From a bacterium (GTDB lineage Bacteria > Patescibacteriota > Minisyncoccia > Phycocordibacterales > UBA5272), in NCBI GenBank assembly GCA_023267595.1, contig JAHFNB010000004.1, positions 182 through 64,181 on the forward strand: a stretch of DNA of 64,000 nucleotides, given 5' to 3'. Shown piece after piece: positions 18,688 to 27,653 of the stretch. Below the pieces are notes generated by a model. The model made no database searches, had not been told where the DNA came from, and saw nothing but the letters and a program-made list of their open reading frames with translations. Each line of letters begins with the position of its first letter. Within the stretch, counting starts at the first letter, position 1. Both the position numbers and the translations under genes were made by a program.

Positions 18688-21162
18688 ATGGCAAAAAAGA
18701 CCATTCCTGAAGAAGAATCCGCAGCGCCAAAACCTATTCATACTGGACTTCGCAATGTACATATTGCAGAAGAAATGCGTACTGCATATCTTGATTATGC
18801 GATGAGTGTTATTACATCCCGCGCATTACCGGACGCACGTGATGGCCTTAAACCTGTGCATCGTCGTATCTTGTATGCGATGAATAGTATGGGACTCACT
18901 CCTGGGGCAAAGTTTCGCAAGTCTGCAACCATTGTTGGAGAAGTGCTCGGTAACTATCATCCACACGGAGATGCATCAGTGTATGATGCTATGGTAAAAA
19001 GTGCACAAGATTTCTCATATCGTTATCCGCTCGTACTTGGACAAGGAAACTTTGGTTCTATTGATGGTGATGGAGCAGCCGCGTATCGTTATACAGAAGC
19101 AAAGATGTCAAAGATCTCGATGGAACTCATGCGAGATATTGAAAAAGAAACAGTACGTATGGTACCAAACTATGATGGTACCAAAAAAGAACCCCACGTT
19201 TTACCAACTGCAGTACCAAATCTTCTTTTGAATGGAACACTTGGTATTGCGGTCGGAATGGCGACAAATATTCCCCCACATAATCTCCGTGAAGTGATAG
19301 ATGCAACAACGCATCTCATCGATAATCCTCATGCAACAACAGAAGAACTCTGTGAATATGTACAAGGTCCTGATTTTCCATTAGGTGGTGTTGCGTTTGG
19401 TCAGTCAGATATACGTGCAGCATATGCAACAGGGCGTGGTGGCGTAGTTGTGCGTGGTGAAGCAGAAATTACGGAAACAAAAAATGGAATGTTCCAGATT
19501 ATTATTACATCACTTCCATTTCGTGTTGTTAAAAGTAATTTAATCGAAAATATTGCAGACCTCGTACGTGAAAAGAAAATCGACGGTATTAAAGGGCTTC
19601 GTGATGAGTCTACAAAAGATATTCGTGTAGTGATTGATTTAAAGAGTGGTGCACAACCACAAAAGGTGCTCAACTATTTATATAAACATACTGAACTTGA
19701 AAGTACATTTCATTACAACTTAGTGGCACTCGTTGATGGAATACCACAGACACTTGCACTTAAAGGCGCACTCGAGGCATTCGTTGGGCATAGAAAAGAA
19801 GTAGTTAGACTTCGTACAGAATATGACTTGAAACGTGCGCTAGATAAAGAGCATATCTTACTTGGTCTTAAGAAAGCACTTGATCATATTGATGAAATTA
19901 TTCAGACGATTAAAAAATCTGCAAGTACAGTAGATGCGCATGCTGCCCTTGTGAAAAAGTTTTCGTTTTCAGATATTCAAGCAACGGCTATTTTGGAAAT
20001 GAAGTTGCAACGTCTCGCAGGACTAGAACGAAAGAAAATAGAAGATGAATTAAAAGCAGTTCAAGCACTTATAGCAGAATTAAAAACTATCCTCGCATCA
20101 GAAAAGAAAATGCTTTCTATTATCAAAGCAGAATTGGTTGATATCAAAGAAAAATACGGTGATGATCGTCGTACAAAGATCGTAAAACATAAAGCAAAAG
20201 AGTTTAATCCAGAAGATTTGATTGCAGATCGTGAAGAGGTACTTGTCTACACGTCAGGTGGTTATGTGAAGCGTACTGACCCTGCAGAATTTCGTACACA
20301 AAAGCGTGGTGGCGTAGGAGTGGTTGATTTAAATACCAAAGAAGAAGATTTCGTAACGATGTCACTCTCTACATCGACACACAGTGATTTACTCTTCTTT
20401 ACCGATAAAGGAAAAGCATATCAGATAAAAATGTATGACATGCCAGAAGGAAAACGTGCGACACGTGGCAAGAGCATTATGAATTTCCTTCAACTAACTG
20501 ATGGAGAGAAAGTCACATCTATCTTACCGATGCCAAAGGATGTAAAAGAAATGAAAGGAATATCACTGATGATGATTACCAAAAATGGTACGGTAAAGAA
20601 ATCTGCTGCAGATTCATTTAAAGAAGTACGTCGTAGTGGACTCATCTCTATTCGTCTTGAAGACAAAGATGAATTACTCGCAGCACTTTTTGTAACAGGA
20701 GGGGATAATGTGATCCTGACAACGCACAATGGTCAATCTATTCGTTTTGATCATAAAGATGTACGAGAAATGGGACGCACCGCAGCCGGAGTGATTGGTA
20801 TGAAATTAGACAAAGGAGATGCGATAGTTGCAGCAGATAAAATCCCAGAAGGTACAAAGGGCGCAGAATTACTCGTTGTTACTGCAAATGGGTATGGAAA
20901 GAAAACGAAATTATCTGAATACAAAACACAACACCGTGGTGGTAGTGGTATTAAAACGGTAAAAGTTACTGATAAAACTGGAAAGTTAATTGTCGCACGT
21001 GTGGTAACTGCTGAAAATGAAGAGTTACTTGCTGTTTCAAAAGAATCACAAGTGATTAGAACAGAATTATCTTCGATTCCAACTTTAGGTCGTGATACAC
21101 AGGGGGTGCGTGTTATGAAATTGCGAGAAAAAGATTCTGTCGCAAGTTTCAACTTGTTATAA
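18688..21162 (+). CDS. gyrA: DNA gyrase subunit A
   Basis: [23 protein letters not shown], GyrA-box QKRGGVG. Confidence 0.98.
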   Translation: MAKKTIPEEESAAPKPIHTGLRNVHIAEEMRTAYLDYAMSVITSRALPDARDGLKPVHRRILYAMNSMGLTPGAKFRKSATIVGEVLGNYHPHGDASVYDAMVKSAQDFSYRYPLVLGQGNFGSIDGDGAAAYRYTEAKMSKISMELMRDIEKETVRMVPNYDGTKKEPHVLPTAVPNLLLNGTLGIAVGMATNIPPHNLREVIDATTHLIDNPHATTEELCEYVQGPDFPLGGVAFGQSDIRAAYATGRGGVVVRGEAEITETKNGMFQIIITSLPFRVVKSNLIENIADLVREKKIDGIKGLRDESTKDIRVVIDLKSGAQPQKVLNYLYKHTELESTFHYNLVALVDGIPQTLALKGALEAFVGHRKEVVRLRTEYDLKRALDKEHILLGLKKALDHIDEIIQTIKKSASTVDAHAALVKKFSFSDIQATAILEMKLQRLAGLERKKIEDELKAVQALIAELKTILASEKKMLSIIKAELVDIKEKYGDDRRTKIVKHKAKEFNPEDLIADREEVLVYTSGGYVKRTDPAEFRTQKRGGVGVVDLNTKEEDFVTMSLSTSTHSDLLFFTDKGKAYQIKMYDMPEGKRATRGKSIMNFLQLTDGEKVTSILPMPKDVKEMKGISLMMITKNGTVKKSAADSFKEVRRSGLISIRLEDKDELLAALFVTGGDNVILTTHNGQSIRFDHKDVREMGRTAAGVIGMKLDKGDAIVAADKIPEGTKGAELLVVTANGYGKKTKLSEYKTQHRGGSGIKTVKVTDKTGKLIVARVVTAENEELLAVSKESQVIRTELSSIPTLGRDTQGVRVMKLREKDSVASFNLL

Positions 21163-21180
21163 AACATTAAAGAAATTGTA

Positions 21181-21222
21181 TATCCACTGTAGTCTGTTAA
21201 CTCTAGACTGTATACTATCTAC
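21181..21222 (+). promoter_or_regulatory. Phased heptamer promoter (TATCCA-CTN5 x3-CTG-TATACT)
   Basis: tatcca|ctgtagt|ctgttaa|ctctaga|ctgTATA|CT, ATG 6 nt later. Confidence 0.6.
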
Positions 21223-21744
21223 ATGTTTCTTACTCCCGAACACTTGGTCAAAGAATTATATTTAAAAGCAGGTGATAGAGCAGCCGACATTGGTTGCGGT
21301 ACTGGTGTGTATACAATTGCTCTTGCACAAGAAGTAGGAGATGTAGGACAAGTATATGCAGTGGATGTACACAGAGATATATTACACACGCTTGCAGGTA
21401 CACTTGAAAAGCGTTCTATCATGAATGTAGAAATAGTTTGGGCAGATATCGAAAAAGGAATACCGATAGACGCATATTCACTAGATGCAGTCGTTATTTC
21501 GAACGTACTCTTTCAACTTGAGGATATTGATGCCATGTTGTCCTATGTAGCAAAACTCTTGAAACCAGAAGGACAACTACTGGTTGTAGAGTGGAGTGCA
21601 TCACACTCGGGTATTGGTCCACATACAGATCATGTAGTAGAGGAATCTCGTGCAGAATCTCTCGTCCAAAAACACGGGTTTAGAATTATAAAACATCTTC
21701 CCGCAGGGAATTATCATTACGCATTTATTGCTTTATCGATGTAG
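21223..21744 (+). CDS. Class I SAM-dependent methyltransferase
   Basis: ADIGCGTG, VYAVDV, LKPEGQLLVVEW. Confidence 0.9.
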   Translation: MFLTPEHLVKELYLKAGDRAADIGCGTGVYTIALAQEVGDVGQVYAVDVHRDILHTLAGTLEKRSIMNVEIVWADIEKGIPIDAYSLDAVVISNVLFQLEDIDAMLSYVAKLLKPEGQLLVVEWSASHSGIGPHTDHVVEESRAESLVQKHGFRIIKHLPAGNYHYAFIALSM

Positions 21745-21755
21745 GAATTAGAAAA

Positions 21756-21790
21756 TACAAAGAGCAACCACGAAGTGGTTGCTCTTTGTA
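21756..21790 (+). terminator. Intrinsic terminator hairpin
   Basis: tacaaagagcaaccac-gaa-gtggttgctctttgta. Confidence 0.75.
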
Positions 21791-21832
21791 TCCACTACCA
21801 CCTACCACCTACCACCTGTATACTAGTCTTAT
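21789..21832 (+). promoter_or_regulatory. Phased heptamer promoter with (CTACCAC)3
   Basis: tatcca|ctaccac|ctaccac|ctaccac|ctgTATA|CT, ATG 8 nt later. Confidence 0.6.
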
Positions 21833-23134
21833 ATGTTACGTAATATTCTTCTTGGTGTTGGAGTTTTTGCTGCACTCTTTTCTGTTTTAATTTTCTCTGG
21901 AAAACTTCCTATTGGAAATAACAGTGCAAATACGCCAAAAGGTGAAGTAGTTTTGTGGGGAACATTTCCAGAAACTGCGATAAATCCAATCATTCAAGCC
22001 TTTAATCCACAAGCAAAGACGTATCGTGTTACGTATAAAGAAGTCCGTGCAGATGTTTTCTCTCAGACACTTGTTGAGGCACTCGCAAATGGGACAGGGC
22101 CAGATATGATTCTTGCTCCTCATCAAATCATCCTTTCCCAAGCATCACGACTATATCCATTTCCACTTACATCATTTTCAGAAAAGAATTTCAAAGATAC
22201 ATACGTTGATGGAGCAACACTTTTTTTTAGTCCATATGGCGCAATTGCACTTCCTGTTTCTATAGAACCAATGGTGCTGTTCTACAATCGAACACTTTTT
22301 TCAAAGCATGGTATTGCTTCACCACCTGCGTACTGGGATGAAGTACTTAAGTTTACGCCATCACTTACGGTGAAAAATAGTAAAGGGCAATTTCTAGAAG
22401 CAGCAATTGCACTCGGCGCGGGAAATGTTCCATACGCAAAAGATATTTTGATGGCAGGAGTTTCAGAACTTGGTCAAATAGCAGTACTCACACAATATAA
22501 TCAAGAAGGGACACTCGTTCCATCTGTTTATGCAAATACGGCAACAACAGAAGGAGGAGATGTGTTGCCACTTTCTACATTTGTGCGTTTTGTGACACAA
22601 TTTGCCGATCCTACAAAATCAACATATACATGGTCAGAGTTTAATGGATTAGCAGATGACCAGTTCGTTTCTGAAAAACTCGCAATGTATATCGGGTATT
22701 CTGGAGAGTTAAATATTTTACGTGCTCGTAATCCGAAAGGGGATTTTGAAATGACATATTTCCCTCAAACACGTGGGTACAATACATTTGCAACAGGTGC
22801 ACGTATGTACGGTATAGCAACATTAAAATCTAGCAAGAATCTCACTGCTGCGCTCACTGTAGAATCACAGTTTGCAGGAAGTGGTGTCTCTCCATCACTT
22901 TCACAAATAGTAGGAGGTGTACCTGCATTACGTGCATACGCAACAACACCAGGATTATCAGATGTGATTGCACGCAGTATGCTGATTGCTCGTGCGTGGT
23001 ATGATAGTTTCCCTATACAATCTACAAATCTCACAACAACGATGCTTTCTGATATTTTACATAATCGTTATGATGTGACTGATGCAGTTGCTATCTTTGT
23101 CTCACGTCTTCAAGACCTGTATACTCCACAGTAG
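21833..23134 (+). CDS. Extracellular solute-binding protein (family 1-like), membrane anchored
   Basis: N-terminal TM, LWG, ALANGTGPD, LFYNRTLF, PPAYWDE. Confidence 0.8.
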   Translation: MLRNILLGVGVFAALFSVLIFSGKLPIGNNSANTPKGEVVLWGTFPETAINPIIQAFNPQAKTYRVTYKEVRADVFSQTLVEALANGTGPDMILAPHQIILSQASRLYPFPLTSFSEKNFKDTYVDGATLFFSPYGAIALPVSIEPMVLFYNRTLFSKHGIASPPAYWDEVLKFTPSLTVKNSKGQFLEAAIALGAGNVPYAKDILMAGVSELGQIAVLTQYNQEGTLVPSVYANTATTEGGDVLPLSTFVRFVTQFADPTKSTYTWSEFNGLADDQFVSEKLAMYIGYSGELNILRARNPKGDFEMTYFPQTRGYNTFATGARMYGIATLKSSKNLTAALTVESQFAGSGVSPSLSQIVGGVPALRAYATTPGLSDVIARSMLIARAWYDSFPIQSTNLTTTMLSDILHNRYDVTDAVAIFVSRLQDLYTPQ

Positions 23135-23135
23135 T

Positions 23136-23849
23136 ATGAAAAAACAATTTTTACTTATAGCACTTTTTGCATCACTTATTGCGTTTTCGTTTACCACCCC
23201 TCTATTTGCACAAACATCAGTTCCAGTCTCTGGAGATTATGTATGTGGCGGCTCTACTCCATGCCCACTTACTGATCTTAAAAAAGTTATTTCTGGTTTC
23301 AATACACAGTATTTAATTCCAGGAGCCCTTACCTTTACACTCATTTCTGTTTTTTTTATTGTATTACTTTCACTTAAAGCAAAAGCACAAGGAGATGCTA
23401 ATGCAATTAAAACTGCTCGCTCTCAAGCAGGAAATGTACTTATCGGACTTCTAGTGATTACCCTCTTTGTTGGAGGTTTCTTTACTGTTCTTATGAAATA
23501 TCTTGGTTTACAAACGTGGGTAACTCAGTTTTTTAATATATCGACGATACTTCTTAATGCGCCTCATGCCTACGCAGCAACATATCTCCCTAATCCGTAT
23601 GGTGTGAGCAATGTCTACGATCTTTTACTCCTTGTTCTTACTCTTTTTGTAAAATGGGCAGTATATCCAGGGCTTATCGTCGTATGGGTATGGTCAGGAT
23701 TTTCTTATGTCCTTGCACAAGGGAATCCAGAAAAGATCAGTAATGCTCATAGTTGGCTCTTGTGGGCAGTTGGCTCTACGATTATTGTACTTGTAGCACA
23801 AGGGTTCTTCTTCGCACTTCAAGGGACTATTTCAACTATACTCTCTTAA
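23136..23849 (+). CDS. VirB2/TrbC-like pilin with two pilin modules
   Basis: Signal peptide, then two TM-hairpin modules: AQGDANAIKTAR..GNVLIG and AQGNPEKISNAH.WLLWAVG. Confidence 0.7.
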   Translation: MKKQFLLIALFASLIAFSFTTPLFAQTSVPVSGDYVCGGSTPCPLTDLKKVISGFNTQYLIPGALTFTLISVFFIVLLSLKAKAQGDANAIKTARSQAGNVLIGLLVITLFVGGFFTVLMKYLGLQTWVTQFFNISTILLNAPHAYAATYLPNPYGVSNVYDLLLLVLTLFVKWAVYPGLIVVWVWSGFSYVLAQGNPEKISNAHSWLLWAVGSTIIVLVAQGFFFALQGTISTILS

Positions 23850-23902
23850 TAACTACATGGTAGACGGACAAAATATAGGGTACACTAATAATCATTAATC
23901 CT

Positions 23903-24805
23903 ATGAAACATATTTTTAACGTACGATTTCTTATTATCACTTCGTTAGTAGCCATTCCCTTAGTTGTAAGTGCTCAAGGTGTTACAGATCTCAATAATGG
24001 TATCAGTGCATTAGGAGGAGTTTTCAATACTATTACAACAACAGTATTGAAATCTCTCGCAGGACTCTTTGCAACCGCAGCAATGGCAATATTCTTCTTT
24101 GGTATTGCACAGTATATCTTTGGAGCGCGCGCCGGAGATGCAAAAAAGATAGAAGATGGAAACAGATTTATGCGTTGGGGACTAGTTGCACTCTTTGTTA
24201 TGTTCTCTGTATGGGGAATAATAACGTACGTACAGAATATATTTGGTATCAAGGGACAAAATACTATTATTATTCCAACTATTGATTTTATGAGAGGATC
24301 TGGAAATAATTCTCCATCATCTAATTCTGCAAATATTGGATTACCTAGTGCCGTAAGTAGAGTAGTCGGAGATGATTGTTATAGTAAATCTGTAGGGCAA
24401 GCATGTACTGGATCTGGCTACACAGGAACATGTGGAGTTTCTGATGCGGGAGTATTTGCTTGTTATGCAAATACAGGTAGTACTTTTAGTGGATCTTCAA
24501 TTTTCAATTCATTATTTGGTAATAGTAATCCATCTGTATCTCAACAAAATACTGCTACAAATGCTTATCAAGATTGTATGGCAAAAGGAGGGACTGGTGC
24601 ACAGTGTCAATCAGTTTATGAGAATAGTATCAATACAAAAACTTCAAGTTCTGGAACTGGAGGTATTTCTAATAGTTGTCCTAGTGGAACTGCTTATGAT
24701 CCTGGCACTGGTGGATGTGAACCTACCACTAGTTCTAACTCTAATAGTTGTACTGCCTCTGGTGGAGTTCTTGCAGGAGATGGTACATGCCAAGCAGCCC
24801 CATAA
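23903..24805 (+). CDS. VirB2-like pilin with Cys/Ser/Gly-rich C-terminal extension
   Basis: FFFGIAQYIF..GD.KK..G..FMRWGLVALFVMFSVWGI, followed by a tail with 10 Cys. Confidence 0.75.
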   Translation: MKHIFNVRFLIITSLVAIPLVVSAQGVTDLNNGISALGGVFNTITTTVLKSLAGLFATAAMAIFFFGIAQYIFGARAGDAKKIEDGNRFMRWGLVALFVMFSVWGIITYVQNIFGIKGQNTIIIPTIDFMRGSGNNSPSSNSANIGLPSAVSRVVGDDCYSKSVGQACTGSGYTGTCGVSDAGVFACYANTGSTFSGSSIFNSLFGNSNPSVSQQNTATNAYQDCMAKGGTGAQCQSVYENSINTKTSSSGTGGISNSCPSGTAYDPGTGGCEPTTSSNSNSCTASGGVLAGDGTCQAAP

Positions 24806-24874
24806 TCACTGTTCACACTCTTCCTTGCAAAGAACCTTAAGGGAGATATACTAATACAATACAACTATAACATT

Positions 24875-25333
24875 ATGAAAAAAGCCTTAATCTCATTATC
24901 AATTGTGCTTGGAGGAATCATGCTCGTATCTGCTCAAGTTATTCAAGTAGGGGGAACTGTTGGTGGAACACCGGTATTAGTTGGTAGTCAAAATGGAGGA
25001 ACATTACTTATTGGTCAAAGTGCAGTACAAGGTCAAGTAAATGGTGGAGCACTCATTGCACTTATTCGTCTTGCAAATGATATCGTGGCACGTCTTGGTA
25101 TTTTTGCAGTAGGACTAGCAATTCTTTCATTCTTTTGGTTCCTTATTGAGTTTATTTGGAAAGGAAGAGCAGATCCAGAAGCAAAGAACACTTCTCTCAA
25201 AGGTATGGGATATGCAATACTCGCAATATTTGTGATGGTATCTATTTGGGGGATAGTAGGGTTACTTGGTTCAATTACAGGTGTAGGACAAGGTGGTTCA
25301 GTTCCAATTCCTTCGATTCCAGTTGCAAATTAA
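24875..25333 (+). CDS. VirB2-like pilin
   Basis: FFWFLIEFIW...MGYAILAIFVMVSIWGIV. Confidence 0.75.
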   Translation: MKKALISLSIVLGGIMLVSAQVIQVGGTVGGTPVLVGSQNGGTLLIGQSAVQGQVNGGALIALIRLANDIVARLGIFAVGLAILSFFWFLIEFIWKGRADPEAKNTSLKGMGYAILAIFVMVSIWGIVGLLGSITGVGQGGSVPIPSIPVAN

Positions 25334-25348
25334 TTTCTAGAGTTATAG

Positions 25349-25382
25349 AAAACAAAACCTGCACATGTGCAGGTTTTGTTTT
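25349..25382. terminator. Perfectly palindromic terminator
   Basis: aaaacaaaacctgcacatgtgcaggttttgtttt. Confidence 0.75.
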
Positions 25383-25413
25383 GGTATAAGAGGATGTATA
25401 CTTTGTAATATCT

Positions 25414-25680
25414 ATGAATGCAAAGATTATAAATGGCGAGGCAGTATTCCAAGGAGTTATTACTCAGATATTTAATCCACTCTATCAATTAATTACTGCA
25501 CTAGCAGTTGTTTATTTTCTTTTTGGTGTAGCAAAGTTTATCTACGATATCAACAATCCAGAGAAAAAAACAGATGGCAAGAATCATCTCTTGTGGGGAC
25601 TATTTGGATTATTTATTATTCTTTCATTAGGTGGCATACTTCCTTTTTTTATAAGTATATTTGGCGGGGCTTTTAAGTAA
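25414..25680 (+). CDS. Minimal VirB2-like pilin
   Basis: YFLFGVAKFI....EK..GKNHLLWGLFGLFI. Confidence 0.7.
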   Translation: MNAKIINGEAVFQGVITQIFNPLYQLITALAVVYFLFGVAKFIYDINNPEKKTDGKNHLLWGLFGLFIILSLGGILPFFISIFGGAFK

Positions 25681-25686
25681 CATATT

Positions 25687-27003
25687 ATGAGTAATTCTAA
25701 TTCCCAGATGGAAGCAATTGTCTCATTATGTAAGCGTCGTGGATTTATATTTCCTGGGAGTGAAATATATGGAGGTCTTGCAGGGACATTTGATTATGGA
25801 CCACTTGGAGTAATGCTTAAAAAGAATATTCAAAATAGTTGGTGGAAACACTTTGTGACTAATCGTGAAGATATGTATGGGATAGATGCGGCAATTTTAA
25901 TGAATCCGCGTGCATGGGAGGCTAGTGGGCATGTGTCCGGTTTCTCTGATCCACTTGTCGAATGTAATAAATGTCATAGACGATATAGAGCAGATCATAT
26001 TGAAGAAAAAAATGGAGTAAAACATTGCCCAGAAGACAATGAGGTATTAGGAGAACCACGTCAGTTTAATATGATGTTCAAGACAAATATTGGTGCAACA
26101 GAAGACCCAACATCTATTTCATATCTTCGTCCAGAAACTGCAGGTGGGATGTTTGTTAATTTCAAAAATGTAGTGGATAGTTTCCACCCACGTCTTCCTT
26201 TTGGTCTCGCACAAATCGGGAAAGCATTTCGAAATGAAATAGCACCACGAGATTTTATTTTTCGTTTGCGAGAAATGGAACAAATGGAAATAGAATATTT
26301 CTGTAAACCAGATACATGGGAAAAAACATTTGAACATTTACGAAGTGAGTTTAACGTATGGCTTTTCTCTATTGGACTTTCAAAAGAAAAAATACATGAA
26401 GTAGAAATAGGGGATGGTGATCGCGCGCATTACAGTAAACGTACAATTGATTTTGAGTTTGATTTTCCAATTGGGCAAAAAGAACTCGCAGGTCTTGCAT
26501 ATAGAACAGATTTTGATTTAAAACAACATAGTCTATTCAGTAAAACAGATCTTTCATATTTTGACGAAGATACAAAAGAACGATTCGTACCACATTGTAT
26601 CGAGCCATCAATTGGTGTAGAGCGTGCAGTACTCGCAGTCCTCGCAAGTGCGTATAAAGAAGAACAAGTAGGGGATGAAATACGCACAGTACTTTCTTTT
26701 GTTCCATCAATTGCACCTATACAAGTTGCTATACTTCCACTTTCAAAAAAAGAGGAACTTATTAATCCTGCACGAAAGATTCTACAATCTCTTCAAAAGA
26801 TTGGGCGTGTGCAAATGGATGTTACGCAATCAATCGGTAAACGATATCGTAGACAAGATGAAATAGGTACACCGTATTGTGTGACTGTTGATTTTGAAAC
26901 ATTGGTGGATAATGAAGTAACTGTTCGTGATAGAGATACGATGAAGCAAGAACGAGTACCAATTAAGGATTTGGAGGAGTATTTTGCAAAGAAGTTAGTA
27001 TAG
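25687..27003 (+). CDS. glyQS: Glycine--tRNA ligase (homodimeric type)
   Basis: KRRGFIF..SEIYGG, YLRPETA, GKAFRNEI, IEPSIG, IGKRYRRQDEIGTP. Confidence 0.96.
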   Translation: MSNSNSQMEAIVSLCKRRGFIFPGSEIYGGLAGTFDYGPLGVMLKKNIQNSWWKHFVTNREDMYGIDAAILMNPRAWEASGHVSGFSDPLVECNKCHRRYRADHIEEKNGVKHCPEDNEVLGEPRQFNMMFKTNIGATEDPTSISYLRPETAGGMFVNFKNVVDSFHPRLPFGLAQIGKAFRNEIAPRDFIFRLREMEQMEIEYFCKPDTWEKTFEHLRSEFNVWLFSIGLSKEKIHEVEIGDGDRAHYSKRTIDFEFDFPIGQKELAGLAYRTDFDLKQHSLFSKTDLSYFDEDTKERFVPHCIEPSIGVERAVLAVLASAYKEEQVGDEIRTVLSFVPSIAPIQVAILPLSKKEELINPARKILQSLQKIGRVQMDVTQSIGKRYRRQDEIGTPYCVTVDFETLVDNEVTVRDRDTMKQERVPIKDLEEYFAKKLV

Positions 27004-27050
27004 AGTGTTATCTTGCAAAAAGTCGTAAAATATTGTAAGATAGACGGATT

Positions 27051-27212
27051 ATGGCAAAAGGACAAGATAATCTCATCCAAATAAAGAATAAGGAAACAGG
27101 CGAAGTATATTGGACTACTAAGAACAAGAAACTCGTTACTCGTAAAATTGAACTTAAGAAGTATTCAAAGAAACTTCGTAAGCATGTGATGTTTAAAGAA
27201 TCAAAAAAGTAA
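27051..27212 (+). CDS. rpmG: 50S ribosomal protein bL33, Cys-free form (absent from ORF track)
   Basis: Hand translation MAKGQDNLIQIKNKETGEVYWTTKNKKLVTRKIELKKYSKKLRKHVMFKESKK. Confidence 0.93.
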   Translation: MAKGQDNLIQIKNKETGEVYWTTKNKKLVTRKIELKKYSKKLRKHVMFKESKK

Positions 27213-27270
27213 TAAAATCTACAAAAAATTGCTATTCAAAATAGCAATTTTTTGTTAGTATTTACGTATC

Positions 27271-27338
27271 GGGGATTCTACTGTAGTGAGGAGTGTTGAA
27301 GTGCGTCCATCGCAATGACTCATCAGTAGTTCATCCCT
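27271..27338 (+). ncRNA. Candidate structured RNA / leader upstream of tRNA-Trp
   Basis: Nested pairs gggat/atccc, ctactg/cagtag, tgag/ctca, tgcg/cgca downstream of TGtTAGTAT. Confidence 0.35.
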
Positions 27339-27348
27339 GACCCATCTT

Positions 27349-27419
27349 GGGCCTATAGTTTAGTGGTAGAACAACGGCCTCCAAATCCGTTGGTCGAGGT
27401 TCGATTCCTCGTGGGCCCG
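27349..27419 (+). tRNA. tRNA-Trp(CCA)
   Basis: gggccta/tgggccc acceptor, D-loop tagtggta, anticodon loop ctCCAaa, T-arm cgagg-TTCGATT-cctcg; CCA end not encoded. Confidence 0.93.
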
Positions 27420-27607
27420 CACAATTCAAAACACACAGATTCTTTCTGTGTGTTTTGAATTGCTTAGGTTTTACACGAGGAATCGAACGAGGAAAGGGGT
27501 CGGGAAAACGTGTTTAGTTTTCCCGTGGCGGAAGAATGGAAACCGAGGGGTTTCCAAACCGTAATGAGTGATAACGAATGGAGGTTGTTCATTCCTCGTG
27601 GGCCCGC
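27404..27607 (+). repeat. tRNA-Trp-linked element with 17-bp direct repeat of the 3' end and internal antisense copy
   Basis: attcctcgtgggcccgc at 27404 and 27591; antisense cacgaggaatcgaac at 27474-27488. Confidence 0.85.
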
Positions 27608-27653
27608 TTCTTTTCCACTACTGACTGATAACTGTTCACTGTATACTACATAT

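Noticed and set aside
27404-27607. Prophage or genomic island bounded by attL/attR
   Set aside because: The repeats are only 187 bp apart with no integrase or cargo; treated as a non-coding element instead.
27510-27653. N-terminal extension of GAPDH in the ORF track
   Set aside because: It runs through the tRNA-linked element and promoter; GAPDH similarity starts at ATG 27654.
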